Source: Catajapyx aquilonaris (Eukaryota). Taken from it: DNA of 64,000 nt. Position numbers and translations under genes: made by a program. This document shows positions 38,401-53,400 of this stretch, piece by piece. The notes beneath the pieces are model-generated. The model was not told the origin of the DNA and searched no databases. It was given only the letters and a program-made list of their open reading frames with translations. Position 1 is the first letter of the stretch, and each line of letters starts with the position of its first letter. Where the stretch lies: the NCBI GenBank assembly GCA_000934665.2, contig KZ538132.1, positions 1 through 64,000 of the forward strand. The letters are read 5' to 3'.

Positions 38401-41400
38401 TGACGCTGACACGCGACTCGTTGGCCTCCACTGCAGCTCTGGGGCTCCTGTCCACGTCCTCCCAGGGAACCCTTTGGAACTCCTGTGGCTTCTCCAGGTA
38501 CTGCTGTTGGGGCTGATTCACTGCCTCCCTTATGTCATTTGGAAACTTGGAGTAATTTCCATTCACCTGAAAAATGCGCAAATGGTTATGCACTATTCTA
38601 AAATAATCCACAGCAGTGACTTAAAGAAGGCTTGAAGGGACCAGAATATGTATACCACATCCCAAATGAAGATTTTGGGAGCAATGCACTTGCTGTCAAA
38701 ACTTCCCCAATCACCCACAACAGGTTCGAAATCCTGTTCACTTTTAATTTGAACAATTTTTTTGGCTTATAACTTTTGTTGCGATTTAAAGTTAAACTGT
38801 GATGGGCAATGACTGCCACATATTCTGTAATATTAAGACTGCTAAATGTACCCGGTGGTAATGCTGGTAGAGCGGGGGGCGCCCCAGGTAGGACGCTGAG
38901 TGCGTTGGCCGCTCCGACACGAAGGAAGAAATGCTGGCGCTGAAGGAGGCTGCAGACGCAGCTGATCCCAAGGAGCAGGACGACGCGTGGCGCTGCAGGC
39001 GATGGCTCGCAGGCTTTATGGCTGTCTCTACGCAGTGCTCAGGTCTGCAGGAGAAGTTTGCTGTATTACTCCACAAATCGTACACTAAACGAATATGCCA
39101 CTTAAATCGGCCTCTAAAAATTACAATGTGTTTAAAAACGGAAATCATGTCCCCAAACACCAAACACCATCCCTGCACCTTGCCAACCCTAGTGAAAGAA
39201 GAAAGAAAAAAAAAAAAAAGTTATCGCAGCCTGCAGGATTCGAACCTGCGCGGGGATACCCCATTGGATTTCAAGTCCAACGCCTTAACCACTCGGCCAA
39301 GACTGCTACGGTGGGAAGCGACCTTCCAAACGCCCGCCTTGAAGCCTGCCTCCCCTCTCCCTGCTACTCCCGCTGCTCACGCCCCGCCTGCCACGGGGAC
39401 TTATCAGCACCGCAAGTACCTTCGGAAAATAAACTGCAATCATAAACCTAAATTAAACGGAGCGAATTATTCCCCTTGCGTCAGTGCAGCTGCACCCATC
39501 TGCTTGGTAGTGTGACATACGGGGGGGACAAGTTTGGACAGATGTAAATTTTGCGAGGCATGACAGGCATTTATCGGGCCTGAAAATCGCAATTAAAATG
39601 TAGGGTGGGGTATAGTAACCCTTGGTTACTTGTTTGTATGTGGGGGTTGGGGGCATAATAAGTTTATGGATTCCTTGTTGAGTGTTTGCTTACGTGGCCT
39701 GGGAGCGAGCGGCACTAGGGCATGCACGAGGGAAGGGCTTTCCACCCGAGGCCCAGTGGCGCAACGGATAACGCGTCTGACTACGGATCAGAAGATTCCA
39801 GGTTCGAATCCTGGCTGGGTCGCACAACACTTTTTTTTCCCCCTTCTATTTTCGTTTTATCATCCTTGAGCGTATGTGAAAATTACACTTCAGTCGTCAC
39901 ACTCCGCTAATTGCAGTACTTTCACCAATAAAAGGAGCTTGAACATGCTTTGCAACTTGCATATTATTATACATATCTTTCTGGGCTTCTCTATATGGCT
40001 TAATAAAAATGCAATGAGCAAGGCAATGCGAATTTTCTGTTGAACCATTCATGTAAGACTACTTGTTAGTTGCAGCATTTTTACTATCGCGCTACTTTCT
40101 TTCTAATGCGCTGCTGTTTATAATGCAAGTGTAGCAGGCTTTCGAACTATAATTTTCGGGCTGTTTATTTCACCTAAATGTGGTCCCTGGAGTGAAAGTC
40201 TTAGGGGATGAGATCGTTATTTTTGGGCGTGAACTTGGAATAAAGGAAGATTACACTCTGCCAGTGCCGGATTAAGACCTTTGGAGGCCCTAAGCACTTA
40301 CCATATTATGCCCCCCCCCCCCCCCCCCCCNNNNNNNNNNNNNNNNNNNNNNNNNNNNNNNNNNNNNNNNNNNNNNNNNNNNNNNNNNNNNNNNNNNNNN
40401 NNNNNNNNNNNNGGGGGGGGGGGGGGGCTGGCTACGTCACTGACCATAGGGATAGGGACTTGCAGTACCCCACCCATAAACTGGTCTATTTTAATTTGTA
40501 AATCGGGTACATTATAAAATTCAAGGGGCCCCTCTATATCATTGAGGCCCTAAGCACGTGCTTATTGTGCTTAATGGTTAATCCAGCACTGTACAATCAT
40601 GTTGTCCAGTAAATTCTTCAATTAATAAGAAATTGACAATAAATTATTATTGGTAAGTATTTCTATTTGGTCTTCAGCTATTATTATTATTATTGTTGTT
40701 GTTGTTGTTGTTGTTGTTATTATTATTGTTGTTGGATGAGGGTTGCGTATCTACTGTACTAGCCCGTGAATATGAAAGTTATCAGTTGCACTTGGACCAT
40801 TACAAGGGGCATCACGATAATGAGACTAAATTTCGACGCAGTGTAGACTCGTAAATTCCGGAAGGGATTAAGCAGTTCCTTGCATGGCAAAGGTCGCAGC
40901 GGACATCTCCCATCTGCATGCACCCGAACTTTTTATCAAGGCAGGACCAACACGTGAACTAACTGCAGCAGGCTATACATTTAAAACCTTTCGTAATCCT
41001 AATCGCATAACGAGTCTTAAACCCCTGCAGTGTGCGCATGAAAATAAACTACGTCGCTTCAGGGCGATTTTCGATTCTTTTTGTACAGTAGGACCGACAA
41101 TAATTTCAACATAGTACTGCAACATCCTGCGTAATAAAATTGTCTTCAACTTCAGCAGATTCGCCTCTCTTTTTTTTTACGGAAGCAACGTGATATGAAA
41201 GGAGCAAACCAAACGTGCTAGGATGAAACAATAGGATAAAGCGCACTTACTTTGTTTGTTTCTTCCTTTTAAAAAAAATTTCCCTTGAGGATTAAAGCCC
41301 TCCTGTTTGTCTCACTTTCCTGCTACTAGTTTGAATCACTTGAACAACACTGGGTGCATGCACAAATAAACTTTCCTGCAGGATACAACAGAGTGAGTAA

Positions 41401-44400
41401 ACCACGAGGTTGGGCGGAGAGAAGTGCAAAATGATAGCCTAAATACTTCACAGCATGCGTACCGGATTCCTGAAGCATGCTACACTTTTCCCCCTACATT
41501 TCCACTAATTTTCCTCCGCATCCAAACAAATCCCCCCCAAGAAAAAGTGAAGCTTTCAACTGACCTCTTGTAGAATCGGATGGGCTTGGGCGCTGAGTAG
41601 GAACGAGTACGGGACATCACTTGAGGCCTGATGGTCCTCAGGTGGCCGGGAGCATCGTCCACCACGTCGATCCCTGTTTCCTCCTCTTCATCTGGGTCTC
41701 CCAGCAGCCGTCTCACAGCTTCATTGTAAAGGCTGCTGAGGCTCCTGTGGGGCTGGATCCTTCCCAGAGAGCTCTCGGAATTGCTCATCCCAGCCTGCGG
41801 AAGAAAAGAAATAATTCATCTTGCAAACAAAACCGTCTCGACCCAATTTCTTTTTTTCACATAGCATCCCCTATTGTTAATGCCAGGAAAACGTGAAGAA
41901 GAAAAAAAAAAACTCACCCTGAGGAACTCCCTCTTGGCAGCGTTTGACACAAATCCGTAAGGTCCTTCGACCTCTGGCTGAACGTGCGGGGCAGCGGCAG
42001 TGTTGTAAGACATGGGAGAAGCCTTCGAGAGGGACGCGGTACGTCTCAGGCCAGTGTAGGCGTCCACGTCCGAGTCTGAGGTAGTGTCGCCGTTCACCCC
42101 TGCGAGTGACCTGACAGGCGAAACGGCAGAGGCAGTGCTCATGGAAGAGGAGCTGGACGATGGCCGACAGCGACTTCGTTGCTTCATTGGAATAACCTGG
42201 TGTGGTGGATCCCCAGCTGCCCCAAACAACTAATTAGTTCCCGTTTGCACACGCAGGATTTTGGGTGCCTTACCTCGAATAGGGTGCTGCGGAGACGCTT
42301 GAGTCCGGCTGATGACCACCCTGTGCCTGGTCGGAGGCAGTTCCTGAGACGAAGAAGGCGAAGCGTCCACCCCATTCAGTCTGTCCTTCTTGACCGCCTC
42401 TTTCTACCGAAATAACACACAGGTAGGACAGGGTCACAAAATTAAAACTATGTCTAAGTTTAAAACCCCCGTTTTATTCTAGCACTTAATCTCGGCCAAA
42501 GCTGAGCCACACTGACGCACCCGTGCCATCAGGAGCATATCCCTAGTCTCGGCCAGATCCAGGTCCCTCTGGTCCAGCTCCAGATGCAGTCCTTGCACCA
42601 TCACGTGATACAGATGAGACGGGACTGTGCAGCTGTCCAGGGGAAGCCCAACCCTGCGCTTCAATAACTGGCGCTCCACTTCCTCCAGGGTCAGTGGCGT
42701 CCAAGGTACCTCACCTGGAACATTTAAAATTCCACCCTCCAAGATCGATACTCCAACTTAATTTTAGACGAGAAACTTACCGTTGCACAGCTCCCAGATA
42801 ATGCTGCACAGGGCGTATATGTCGGAGGCCTGGGACGGTGCCTTACCATCGAGGACTTCTGGAGCCAACCACGGGTACAGGACCTCCCGATGCTTCGGGT
42901 CCTTGACACTGCAGCCGTTAGGACGTCCCTGCGAATTTAGGCAACTCTAACACACGCTTTTCCGGGTTGCGAATAAAAAAAAAGCAAGCTCGAAGCACGC
43001 TGCTCCAAGCCGACTGAGTCATACACACCAAAGCACCCATACGTGCTGCCTTGCCAACCAACCCCAGTCCCCTCCGAAAAGGTAAGTCAGTCGATAAAAC
43101 GTACACGTCACGAGAGCCCCCCCTCTGGAAGGAATTTCCTATAAAACCTGGCTATATGCACCGGATTTACCGATCAAACACGCTTAATGCATGTATTCAA
43201 AGGAGGCGGAAATGAATTGCCCCACTCTTTATATAGTCTGGGTGAAATTGCATGATGGCGTAATTGCAGGCCATTCCTCAAATAACACCTTCAGCATTTT
43301 AAAAATTGGCTGCCCTTAACCCACTCAAACCTTCGAGTACCTAAAGCACGAGTCAACGACATGATCTTTTCACGCCTGGGTAACCCGTACTTAGCCCCCA
43401 CTTAAAATTTGGCATTTGGACCATCTCCCAGGCGAAGTAGGCCACCTTAATCGATTACCATTACTAGCAGAAACCTATATCGACTGACTATATCACCTTG
43501 CCCCCACCCCCCCAGCAACTATCAGGAAAAAAACAGTATTACCTGTTGTGGGGGGTCGCGCGTCATGTACTCGAAGCAGGACAGTTTGGCCACGTGCGAC
43601 GAGGCCAACTGTACGGCGTGAGAAGTCAGTCCGCAGTGAAGCCACTTCTGCGAGTGCAGGAAGGTCAGTGCGTCCACCACTTGCAGCAGTATGTCGATCG
43701 TCGTCTTCAGTCCGACTTGGGCACGCTGGACAGGACGGAACAAAAAAAAATGATGGGGAGGGGAAGGGGAAAATAAAATGTATGTTTAATAAGGCGCAAG
43801 GGAAAAAAGGAAGGGTGAACAACACTTCATGATTTCGTAATGTTTCACGTGTGCATTTTGGGTGCGTGCGGCCAATTCAAGGACAGACGCAACAACACGC
43901 ATGTGAAGTTTGAATCAAGGGTGCCCATGAGGATGATTTCGTACGTGGCACACAATTTTGTGGGAGACGGGGGAAAAAAAGTTACCAAACTAGTTATATC
44001 TGGAGCACACGATTGATGCTTAGAAAAACATGCAGGGAATTTTGCATGTATCTCTCAAACTAAAAGGCGGCACGAAACCCAAGAGCTATGTGACCAGGAA
44101 GTGGCTATACTCACATATTATACTGATAATAATGGCCAATTTGATTTGAATATTTGCTTTTTTTGCCGTTCAAAAATTCTAACACCTCATGCTTGATGTA
44201 AAGACGACGTACCTTGACGTGCAGCATGTAGTGCAGCGAACCCAGTTGGACGTGCTCGTAGATGAGCGTCAAGGAGTACAGGTTATTGGTTTGACACACG
44301 CCCATAAGGAGCAGCAGTTGAGGGTGCTGCAATTTGCTGCGGAACAATGGAGAGGGCAAAAATTGTTACCCTCCAAAAAACAAAAAACGAGGCCCAGTTC

Positions 44401-47400
44401 TGGGCGAATAGTCCGGAGCCAAAAATGGGTCAAGCGTATGAGTGAGCGAGTGTATCACGTTCGTAGAAGCGTGAGAAAAATTGGAAGGGGGGATGGAACC
44501 AAAGCTAGGAGGAAAAAGTCCCACCAAAAGTGGTCACAACTCACCTCCTAGCCTCGAGCTCGGCGATCAGGATGTCTTCAACGGCCCCTTCTGGTGCCGG
44601 AATCCGAAGACGTCGCACAGTCACCCTCGTCTTCAGCCACAGGTGAGACACCATTTCGGTGAACGACCCGCACTTGTACATCGGATAGTGCATGTCTTCT
44701 TTCAGTGACGATTCCTCCACAGCCGGGACGGATGTCATGGCCGCAGCCTTTTCGCCATGGCCAAAGTAGAGCTGTCGAAAAATAAACATCCAACATATAT
44801 GATGCCACATTTAAGCATCACAATATTTACCTTTCCAAAGCCCATGGAGTGAACCGCCTTGACCAGCTGACCCATGTCAACTTCGTCGGTGGACGAGGCG
44901 TGTCGCTGCTGGCGTGTCGCGAATGGTATCTTCAGGAACTGAGCCCAGGAACTGACTCTGAAAAAAACAATCGTCAAGTAGCCTAGATGGGAGGCTTGGT
45001 TATGCTCGGGCGAAACTCTGGCCACGAAGGTTATCGCTATATGAGGGCAAGCACCTTTCGCAGACTAAACTCACACGATTCTCTGCACCCTTTGACCGAG
45101 AGCCAGGAAACATGCCGAAGAACTCAATGGGCTTAACCTATAATAGGGGGCGCGTTAACGGCTGACTTCCCTATATATTCCGATCTCTCTGTTAAAGTCT
45201 AGAGGAAATGGCAGGCGTGTTCTCATTCTCCTTTTTTATAGTGTGGGTGTTACTCCCACGCTTCCTAAACAAAGGGGGACATAGGCATTATGATAACGAC
45301 CTATAATTTTTATCAGGTTTGTCCCACCTTTGTGTCACTTTCGTCCAACACCGGTCCAATAGTAAAATGTTAGGCGACGAAGAAACGTGCCCATTCTATT
45401 CTGCAGAGTAATGAGGTCACGCATTATGTAAGACTACAAAGACTTACTTTTAAGACCAGGCTCTACAGTCAGTCGGGTGTAAGCTAGAAGCAATATTGTT
45501 ATGACTTTCCAATACTTCCGGTTAATCTTGTTGCTCAGTGATTTTACTATATTTCTTTTTCTTTCTCCAGTCCATCATAGCGTATAAGTCTATAAAAAGT
45601 TACGATTCTGTACTCATGAGAGTAGACAGTATACTAATGTGCGTGAAGTATTCACCATCCCGGATCATCCTTACAATGCAAGCCAATTATAGATTACAAG
45701 TAGTCGACGCGCTGCATATAATTGCAACATTTGCATATAGCCTACTTCCATCCACTTCCATCTATGCCATAATCTGAGGTTATCAAGAAATATCACGCTC
45801 AATAATCAGGTTCAATTGTCTCGCAATTTCTTGCCACTCATTATTACTGTATTAGGATTACTGAGAACAACATACTGTTGCTTTCGAGTTCATCCTACAA
45901 CTTGCTTCACGAGGTATACAGTACATTCCACAATATTATTGTACCGGTCAGTACTGTACTTCATGATGACACAGTAGCCTACTGACTGTGCTGTAATGCC
46001 TTAATCGTAATTATAACTACTCCTGGGAATTACCAAATTAGTAAATTACTAGGCAAGGGTAACTGCAGAAGCCGTGTCTCTTCGATAAACAACCTGTTAC
46101 AGAGGAAATGGTACTGCTTGAGCGAGTCTCGCAATAGAAAAATTCTAATGATACACTGCAACTCGTACAGTACACACATAAAAAAATATATAATCCTCAA
46201 CAAAAGGCTCCTGCCTCTGTACCAAGGACCTGGAAACTGATCCATGGAGAGGACGAAATGAAAGCTGTCTTTACGGCTGGTTACAGCTGTGACACGCATC
46301 CTGTCATCTCTTCACCTTGGCTGAGGAACATGTTCCCATTGGCCACATCCATTGGAGGATCCTCTGGTCCGTCTCATTCCCGCTTCCGAGAGCCATCACA
46401 CTTTCACCTCTAGCACCTCTCGAAGGCTACCTATCCACCTACAAGACCCTTATTAGGAACGCTCCAAAAAAAGGTCTCTGGGGAAGTAATCCCGTTGGGT
46501 AACACCCCTCCACCCTCTTGGCCTTGCCTATGCGACCTTGCAATTTAGGGTTCATTTCCTATTCGTCTCACACTTGCTCATTTTTCAGCATTTCTTAATC
46601 ATTCCGCCCCCATATCGAGTAACTCACAAAGACACTTATTGCACACGCTCGATTCAAGCAACATGCGTGCTTCCACCGTAGGATGAAGAGAAAGCTCAAA
46701 ATATGCGCCATTGCCAATGCCATTATTCGCACCGAACATATGACTATACTGCAGACATAAACATCTTCCATCCAAGGTGAACCTCAAGTTGCTGCCGGCT
46801 TACAACGTTCCGCCTGGTAGAGTTCAACATCTGATATTTTCTACGCCTGGAGTCTCACACCTTGAAGACGTACGAGCTGGACCGAATGGATAAACTTCCG
46901 ACCACATTTGGATTCCCAGGCAAGGTATTTAAGCCCGTGATGAAATTCTCAGGCGTCAAATTCCAATGGCGAAGTTGATTGCATACAGACCGACTCACGA
47001 ACTGTTCCAAGAGTGATTGGCATCATCCTTGAGAAAATGACACCGTCAGTGTTGGAATGGAGTAATAAAAAGATTTACTTCCCCATCCATTCCTTCAAGC
47101 AGAACCTATTGCTGTCATTTATCAGTGATGTGCCTTAATCAGTGTCACACAAAGAAATGTAGTTAGTACATTTCATGTACCCACAAATAATGATTTTCTC
47201 AAATTGGATATTTGTAACTCGATCGATTAAGAAGAAAGCTTTGAGACTGTCAAAATTTTCGTAATGTATTATGTTGCTAATCATCAAGAATAAAACTTCT
47301 ACTGTGTATACAGTTGTTATACAATATCTAGCACTAGGTGATAATTTAGTGCAAATACTCACTGAATTACGCCCAGCCACGCCTTGAAAATTACAATTAA

Positions 47401-50400
47401 AACAACAACTATATACTACAACTACTACAACGACTACAACAACAACAATTTAATAGGCTCTGAATGCATCATATGCTAATTTACTTGACGTAGATTTGTA
47501 AATTAATATTTACACCAATTTGAAAATGGTAGGGCTACTGTATTGGCTTAGTAGTAATGACAGTGTCATCCTATGATGAAATAATGTACAACAATATCCG
47601 GACATGCAAAATTGCTAACTGTATGCTTGAAAATTGTAGGTATGAAACACTGTTATTATCAATATGAATATCGTATTATTCTATTCCGCGACAAGAGAAA
47701 CAAAAATGTGTTATTTTGGCATGAGAAAAAGGTATAATCTACTTTCATCTCTTTCAATTCAAATATATAACTGTGAAAGTTAAACCAGCTCACACAATAA
47801 GCCTTAGATCTTATAGAGAAACATTAAAACACTTGCCATCCGACAACCAAGCAGCTGATACCCTTACAATGGAATCGCAGGTTCAAATGTTGCGAGGTCA
47901 AGTTCACGGCCATCGTCGATTTATTATATCAAGGAAAACAATGAAACCCCTGCGGATCACATCACCTTACAACGAAACATGCAATCTTTCATCAGATAAT
48001 AATACTCTAATCGTGAACAAATGAAAATGTATAGTTTAGTGGAAATTAACTATACAATCCTTATTTTCAATAAATGATCGCGCGAGTTTTTATCTTCCAT
48101 TGCTGCACATGAAGTGATCATGCATTTTAATACCGTTTTTCTCCGTTCATGCAACCGTACGGAGTTTCAGCTATATCTTCTATAGCTCATAATGTGACAT
48201 GGCCATCATTTCACAACACAGAAAATTTCAATACAGCATGCGCCGGACTCCAGTCTGTATGAGCTTATAATGTAGCTACACGTTTCCCTCTTGGAACATG
48301 GTAATTCTAGAATAATATATTGCTTCCTAGAATTATTCGATCAAAAACCACTACATTGCAAACGGCACAATCATATACGATTATCCCATATTTTTCGAAT
48401 GTTCCCAAGGCACGCTTTTCGAAGGATCCACGAAGGGTTACCGTGCAAAACATTAAGCATACTGCGTGTACTCAATTCAGGTAAATCCCACAGTGGGAAA
48501 TGCTGGCATTTAGAAGAGCACACACTACATGTGTACTTGAAGGCGCCTCCTTTGCAGAGATTATTCCATTCATGCATGAGATTAACTGCTGACACACTAT
48601 CTACACGCGAACTTCTTAATATGAAAAGCACTTCGCAATAAGGGATGTCATCCTTTAACTTGCGCAAATTATTATTGAGGTAGGATTTTCTTAATGCGTT
48701 AAAGCGATGCAAATGTCAAAGAATCTTAATCTTACCAATAAAGCACATCCCTTGACCTTCGAAGAATGCTTCGCACGCCCCTCCCGAAAAATTTACGAAC
48801 ACTTTCCAGTGAAAGCCGGCACCCGCAGTTCAAACAGCACAATATTGCCCCCTTGACATTTCGCAAAAGAATATCTTGCACGTTGCCGATCTCCTCACGA
48901 GGAAAAGTGGAGCTGTCATCACGCTGGGAAGAAAAGTTACCTCCAAACAAGTAGGTCGAACAAAACTAATGGTTTCCCAGTGAGGAGACAAAACGAGCGC
49001 ACGTAACGAAAACAAAACCGAAAGGTGCAATAATTACTCACTGGTAAGTGAAGCTGTTGTTCTTCTCCAGAAGGGCATCTCTTCCAGAGGTCCTCATGGC
49101 ACACAGGCGAGCCTTCTCGATGAATCGCAGTGTGGCCAGACGCCGTACTGGGTCCAACTGCTGGGCTGCCCAATCGCTATAGGGGAGATGAAAAAGAAAA
49201 AGAAAAAAACCCGTAAATTATAGGATAGGTCCTAATGTCGTACAGATTATTGCTATGCCCGTATACAAAGCCCGCTGATCCTTCGAGGCCAAGTCATCCG
49301 TGGAATTAACCCGAAGAAATGGGGCTTGAAATTCGTCTGAACACGAGGGGTGAGGGTTATCGAAGCGAAAATCAAACTGACACATCACAGCACCCTTTTT
49401 TTTCCAGCATTGTTTGAACTTGACTTTCACTTTTTGCAAACGAGTGTACCAAAAAAATGTCGCGTGAGTTTACGTTAGTAGATTACTGTGGTGTCCGTTA
49501 GGAGGGAAGTGGGATTATCCCATGATAGATGAAAGTACTGCACTTGTCCCCACCTCCCTAGTTGTGCAGGACAGTAATGAAATGTACTGTACACATCCGC
49601 CCCGTATGCCCCCCGGAACTAAATTTAAATTACAGTTCTTTTCTTGCCACAGGATTTTTCTTGTCCGATAAACGCTGTGAAAATGCCTTCCCCATTTTGG
49701 GACATAATTGCTCTCGAGGGAGGTGAAGCGCATAAACGCCTGGTCCGGTACCGGTGTGCCTAAATATCGAATTAAAAACCCGAATAGGTGCACGTTCCCA
49801 TGAATAAAGACAAAGAATGTGAGACTTACAAACGGTTTTGCTTTCTTTCCTCCGCAAGAATGGTCGCAGTGCCAGTTTATCCAGATTGTTTCTAGCCATC
49901 CAGTATGGAACAATACGCACGCATTTTCCATTCATAGCTTTTTCTATAGTCAATAGCTGCTGCCCAAATGGGTCAAGGTGTATGAGGCAGCAGCTTACAT
50001 GAACGACTCGACAATATCGGTGAGATAATCATACGGACAAACAGGTAGTTACACTCACATTGCTACAAAAGTGCGGTTTAAGTGCTCCCTCGAACAATAC
50101 TGTCCCAAATACTTCAGGCTATTTGACATGCAGTTTCAATACAAATACACCCAGATACGACACGGTGCACGGAGCACAATCATGCAGGAATGGGCTTCCG
50201 CCGAATCTTTTCTCTCGCCTTTCTCGTCAGCTTCCGGCCCATTTCCAGCACCAGTAGCGCACGGTGTTTCCATACTAATGATGTACGTACGACCAAATAT
50301 GTAACCATTTTGCGATACCAATTTTTCTGGGCGGGCTGGATGGCAGGAAACTGTTTAGAAAGTTCAGCTCGTACGGATTTTGCCATTAGGAAAAACAATG

Positions 50401-53400
50401 CGACTCGAAAGTATGATTGATCGCTCGGCTCACCTTCAGCTGCCCGGGTTAGTGTAACGAGTTTGCATGCCATCAACTGTGGTCAATGAAGTGTGACCCT
50501 GAGTGACCAAGCGACCTTCTGCTCCGATATGAATTCCATTCCTTCCAGCAATTGCATGCTGTTTCAAGGGGAAAGTTTTGGATGCGTCCAGATTCCGTTT
50601 AGTACATGCATGGTCCGCACCTTCTTTTTTTATCAGTTGACCAAAAGGCACGCAGAGGCCACCGGGTGCTCCCAGGTGCTCATTGGCCACCTTCAACAAC
50701 AATAGAAGGCCGAAATGACCTCTCTCCCTATCGTTTCACCATTTTCAGGAGACGAGCATTATACAAGGAAGTCCTGCTTTTTTTTCTTTTTTTGGGGGGA
50801 AAAAAACGCACACTCACTATAGAAATACGTAGGGGTTGACGGGGGCTGGCAGAAATAAATGCAACCCAGACCTTGGCCCCTTTCAACACTTTTGCTGTAA
50901 TTGCTGCGGTTTATTTTGCGCGGGGGTAACCTCGCTGACCATACCGTTCCAAACCGGTGCTGCAGCCTCAGATTCACCATCGGACACTGTACAAAGATTA
51001 TCCAGCAGGGAGTCTCGAGTTCCATCACGGTGACACATGCCAAGAAATGTGGTCTGCAACACCCTCCAAAAAAGACCGTGCAAAAATGGATATTTCGGGA
51101 CCCCCGATCTGCACCTAATATATACGGGAAGTGCAACATCACGCGATCCGGAAGTCCTCTATTGCAACACCCGGCCAGTCATTGGCTTCGGATGGACCTT
51201 TTGCAGCTTCCCCTTATCCAAGTACGTGCTAATCCCACTTGAAATTTCCCACGTCACCGCGGCACGAAGAACTTGCACCTTCAAAAATCAGGTGCGAAAC
51301 ACCCTTGTTCCTACAGGAGGTTACCTCAGTTCATACCTAATGAGGAGATCACCGATGGACTTCACCACGCGATAGACACACGGATTTCCCAGACTACTGT
51401 TACGTCCCGTTCTTGCCTGCCAACTAAAACTCTTAATTGCATTGTATAACGCGTAAGGTAACTGACCCACACTGGGTTTAATGAAGGCTGTTTTTTCAGA
51501 ATCCCCTGCGCTTAATTTACACTTTCAATTTCAAAGCGTGCCTGCTATTAAAAGTTACGCTACTCTTCTCACGGGGGCCGCTTTCATAAAAAAAACAAAC
51601 CGTGCCACTTTTTTCCCTTTGCCGCCCAAAAAAAGCTGAAATTCCCATTCACACGCAAATTCACGCACAAAATTGTTGCCAAGGCCTCAAAATAAGTTAA
51701 AATAACTGCAATTTTTCACGATTTTTGGTCGGGTATGAATCACCCACGTGGGACAACCCTGAACAAAAACGCCAGATGTTCCACCCCTATACTGGGAGGG
51801 CACGAGCCACCTGCCCAGGATGGCGACCTGCACCAGTAAGCCCAGGGCAGGGTCATGCCTCCACACCATCGAAGCACAACAACGGTCCTTGCAGCTTATC
51901 TGCTAAAGGTGGACTGTAATCTTGGTAATCCTGAAGAATATAGCGGACACTTAAACACGCCCTTTCCTGAACCCGCCGGGTCGTTGAATCATATCTTCGC
52001 GCTTCTGTACCCTTGTGTGACGAACCGGGAAATGCCACTGGACACACACCGCCCAGTCCTCCTAACGCACTAATTTATGACCCATTCGGAGTGTCAACAA
52101 TGAGGCAGGCATTATCCCGGATTAGTGTGACGCCCCCAGAAGGCACGTCCTCCTGTATAATTGACTTACCAACAAAAGGGCAATCCACTTGCTGGAACAG
52201 ACTGTCCACTTTTACCAACCCGAGCTAGAGGAACCGACCCTTCCAGATGGCTCGCCCAGAAGCCACTGACAAGCTTGATGACCGCGCTCTCCCACCCAAC
52301 CGGGCTTCTTGGTTGGTTGCACCCCCGGTTTGCTTGGGTGCAATTCAGAAAAACTGCACAAGTGTCCGCACACAACACCTCTTGGGGCCGTGCCGCTTTG
52401 CCGCACGTCCAACCCAATATGCGGAGCTCAGAAAGTGGGTGTTAATCGGGCGGCCCAGGGGTTGAAATCCGACAGGGAATCAAAGGATTATGCTCTGTTG
52501 CCTGTTCACACTCCATGGTGTCGTTCTTGCCGGAAATCCAGCCAAAGTGACAAATCGCTCCTATTATCCATGACCTTGCTCTGAATAAAACTGCCAAGGA
52601 GTGACCAATCTTCATAACGGTACGGATGGGACTTTCACGATTCCATAAAGTTCCTCCAAGTCATGACAATAAAAAAAAAGGTCAGATTCCCATCCCCTCA
52701 CTCTCACTCCTTTAACGAACTATGAATTGGGCTTTCCTGCAACAATGTCCCGAGTCTATGATAGGCGTTTTCCAACTACGTACCATTGTTATTTTGGACG
52801 TATAGAGGCGGTAGATCTATGCAGTCGCGTGCCAAAACATATCAGGTGCAATAATTAAGAGCTCCTCTGGCCCTTGTCTCATCTGTTTTCCTCGCAGAAG
52901 CTGGAGGCCGGAACGCAGTCATCGTCCATGTTTCCAGGAGGGAAGCCAAACAAGTCCGAAGCAGCCAAAGAGGAAACGAGCCATTTCCGGCCAGGAGTTT
53001 CACAGTGCAGAGGCAATGGTCCCTATATCCCCATTTGATTCAATTTGCCCCACTTTGCTTGCCTAAAGGTAAGGGGATAAATTCCGACAAATACTTGGAG
53101 CAAATAGGGGAACAGGAGAAGCAAATCCGGATTTTAAATCATCTTAAATCCGGCTTACATGCAAATGGTTTATGTTGTGAACCCTTCGGCTACCAAATAA
53201 CTTAACTGAGCGACGGTCGCTCCTATCAGTCCACGAGTCGCTCGAGGGCCAAGAAGATCCCGAGTGTTTACTGCTAGCTTGCGGAAGATAAAGAAACTTA
53301 CGCCGAAGGCAATTTTCTCTACCAAGCGAGATTATTCAGTTCGTAAACAACTGCACGGACAATTCTGGTCATACGCAGCCCAGCGAAAGTGCAAGGTTAT

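Noticed and set aside
39225..39306. tRNA-Sec or opal suppressor
   Set aside because: The anticodon is TGA (reads UCA, Ser), not TCA, and the acceptor stem is the normal 7 bp
40331..40411. Poly-C / N-run / poly-G structure
   Set aside because: Assembly gap at homopolymers inside a MITE
48014..48069. Hairpin sharing GATTGTATAGTT with let-7f
   Set aside because: The seed (GAGGTAG) is absent and the well-paired stem is only ~9 bp
48371..48950. Cys-containing ORFs that might be an endogenous viral polymerase fragment
   Set aside because: No recognisable RdRp, capping or methyltransferase motif; not supportable without a search
49023..52857. 14-mer AGGTGCAATAATTA at 49023 and 52844 as a possible TSD
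   Set aside because: The interval includes a genuine exon, and one 14-mer match is within chance at this scale
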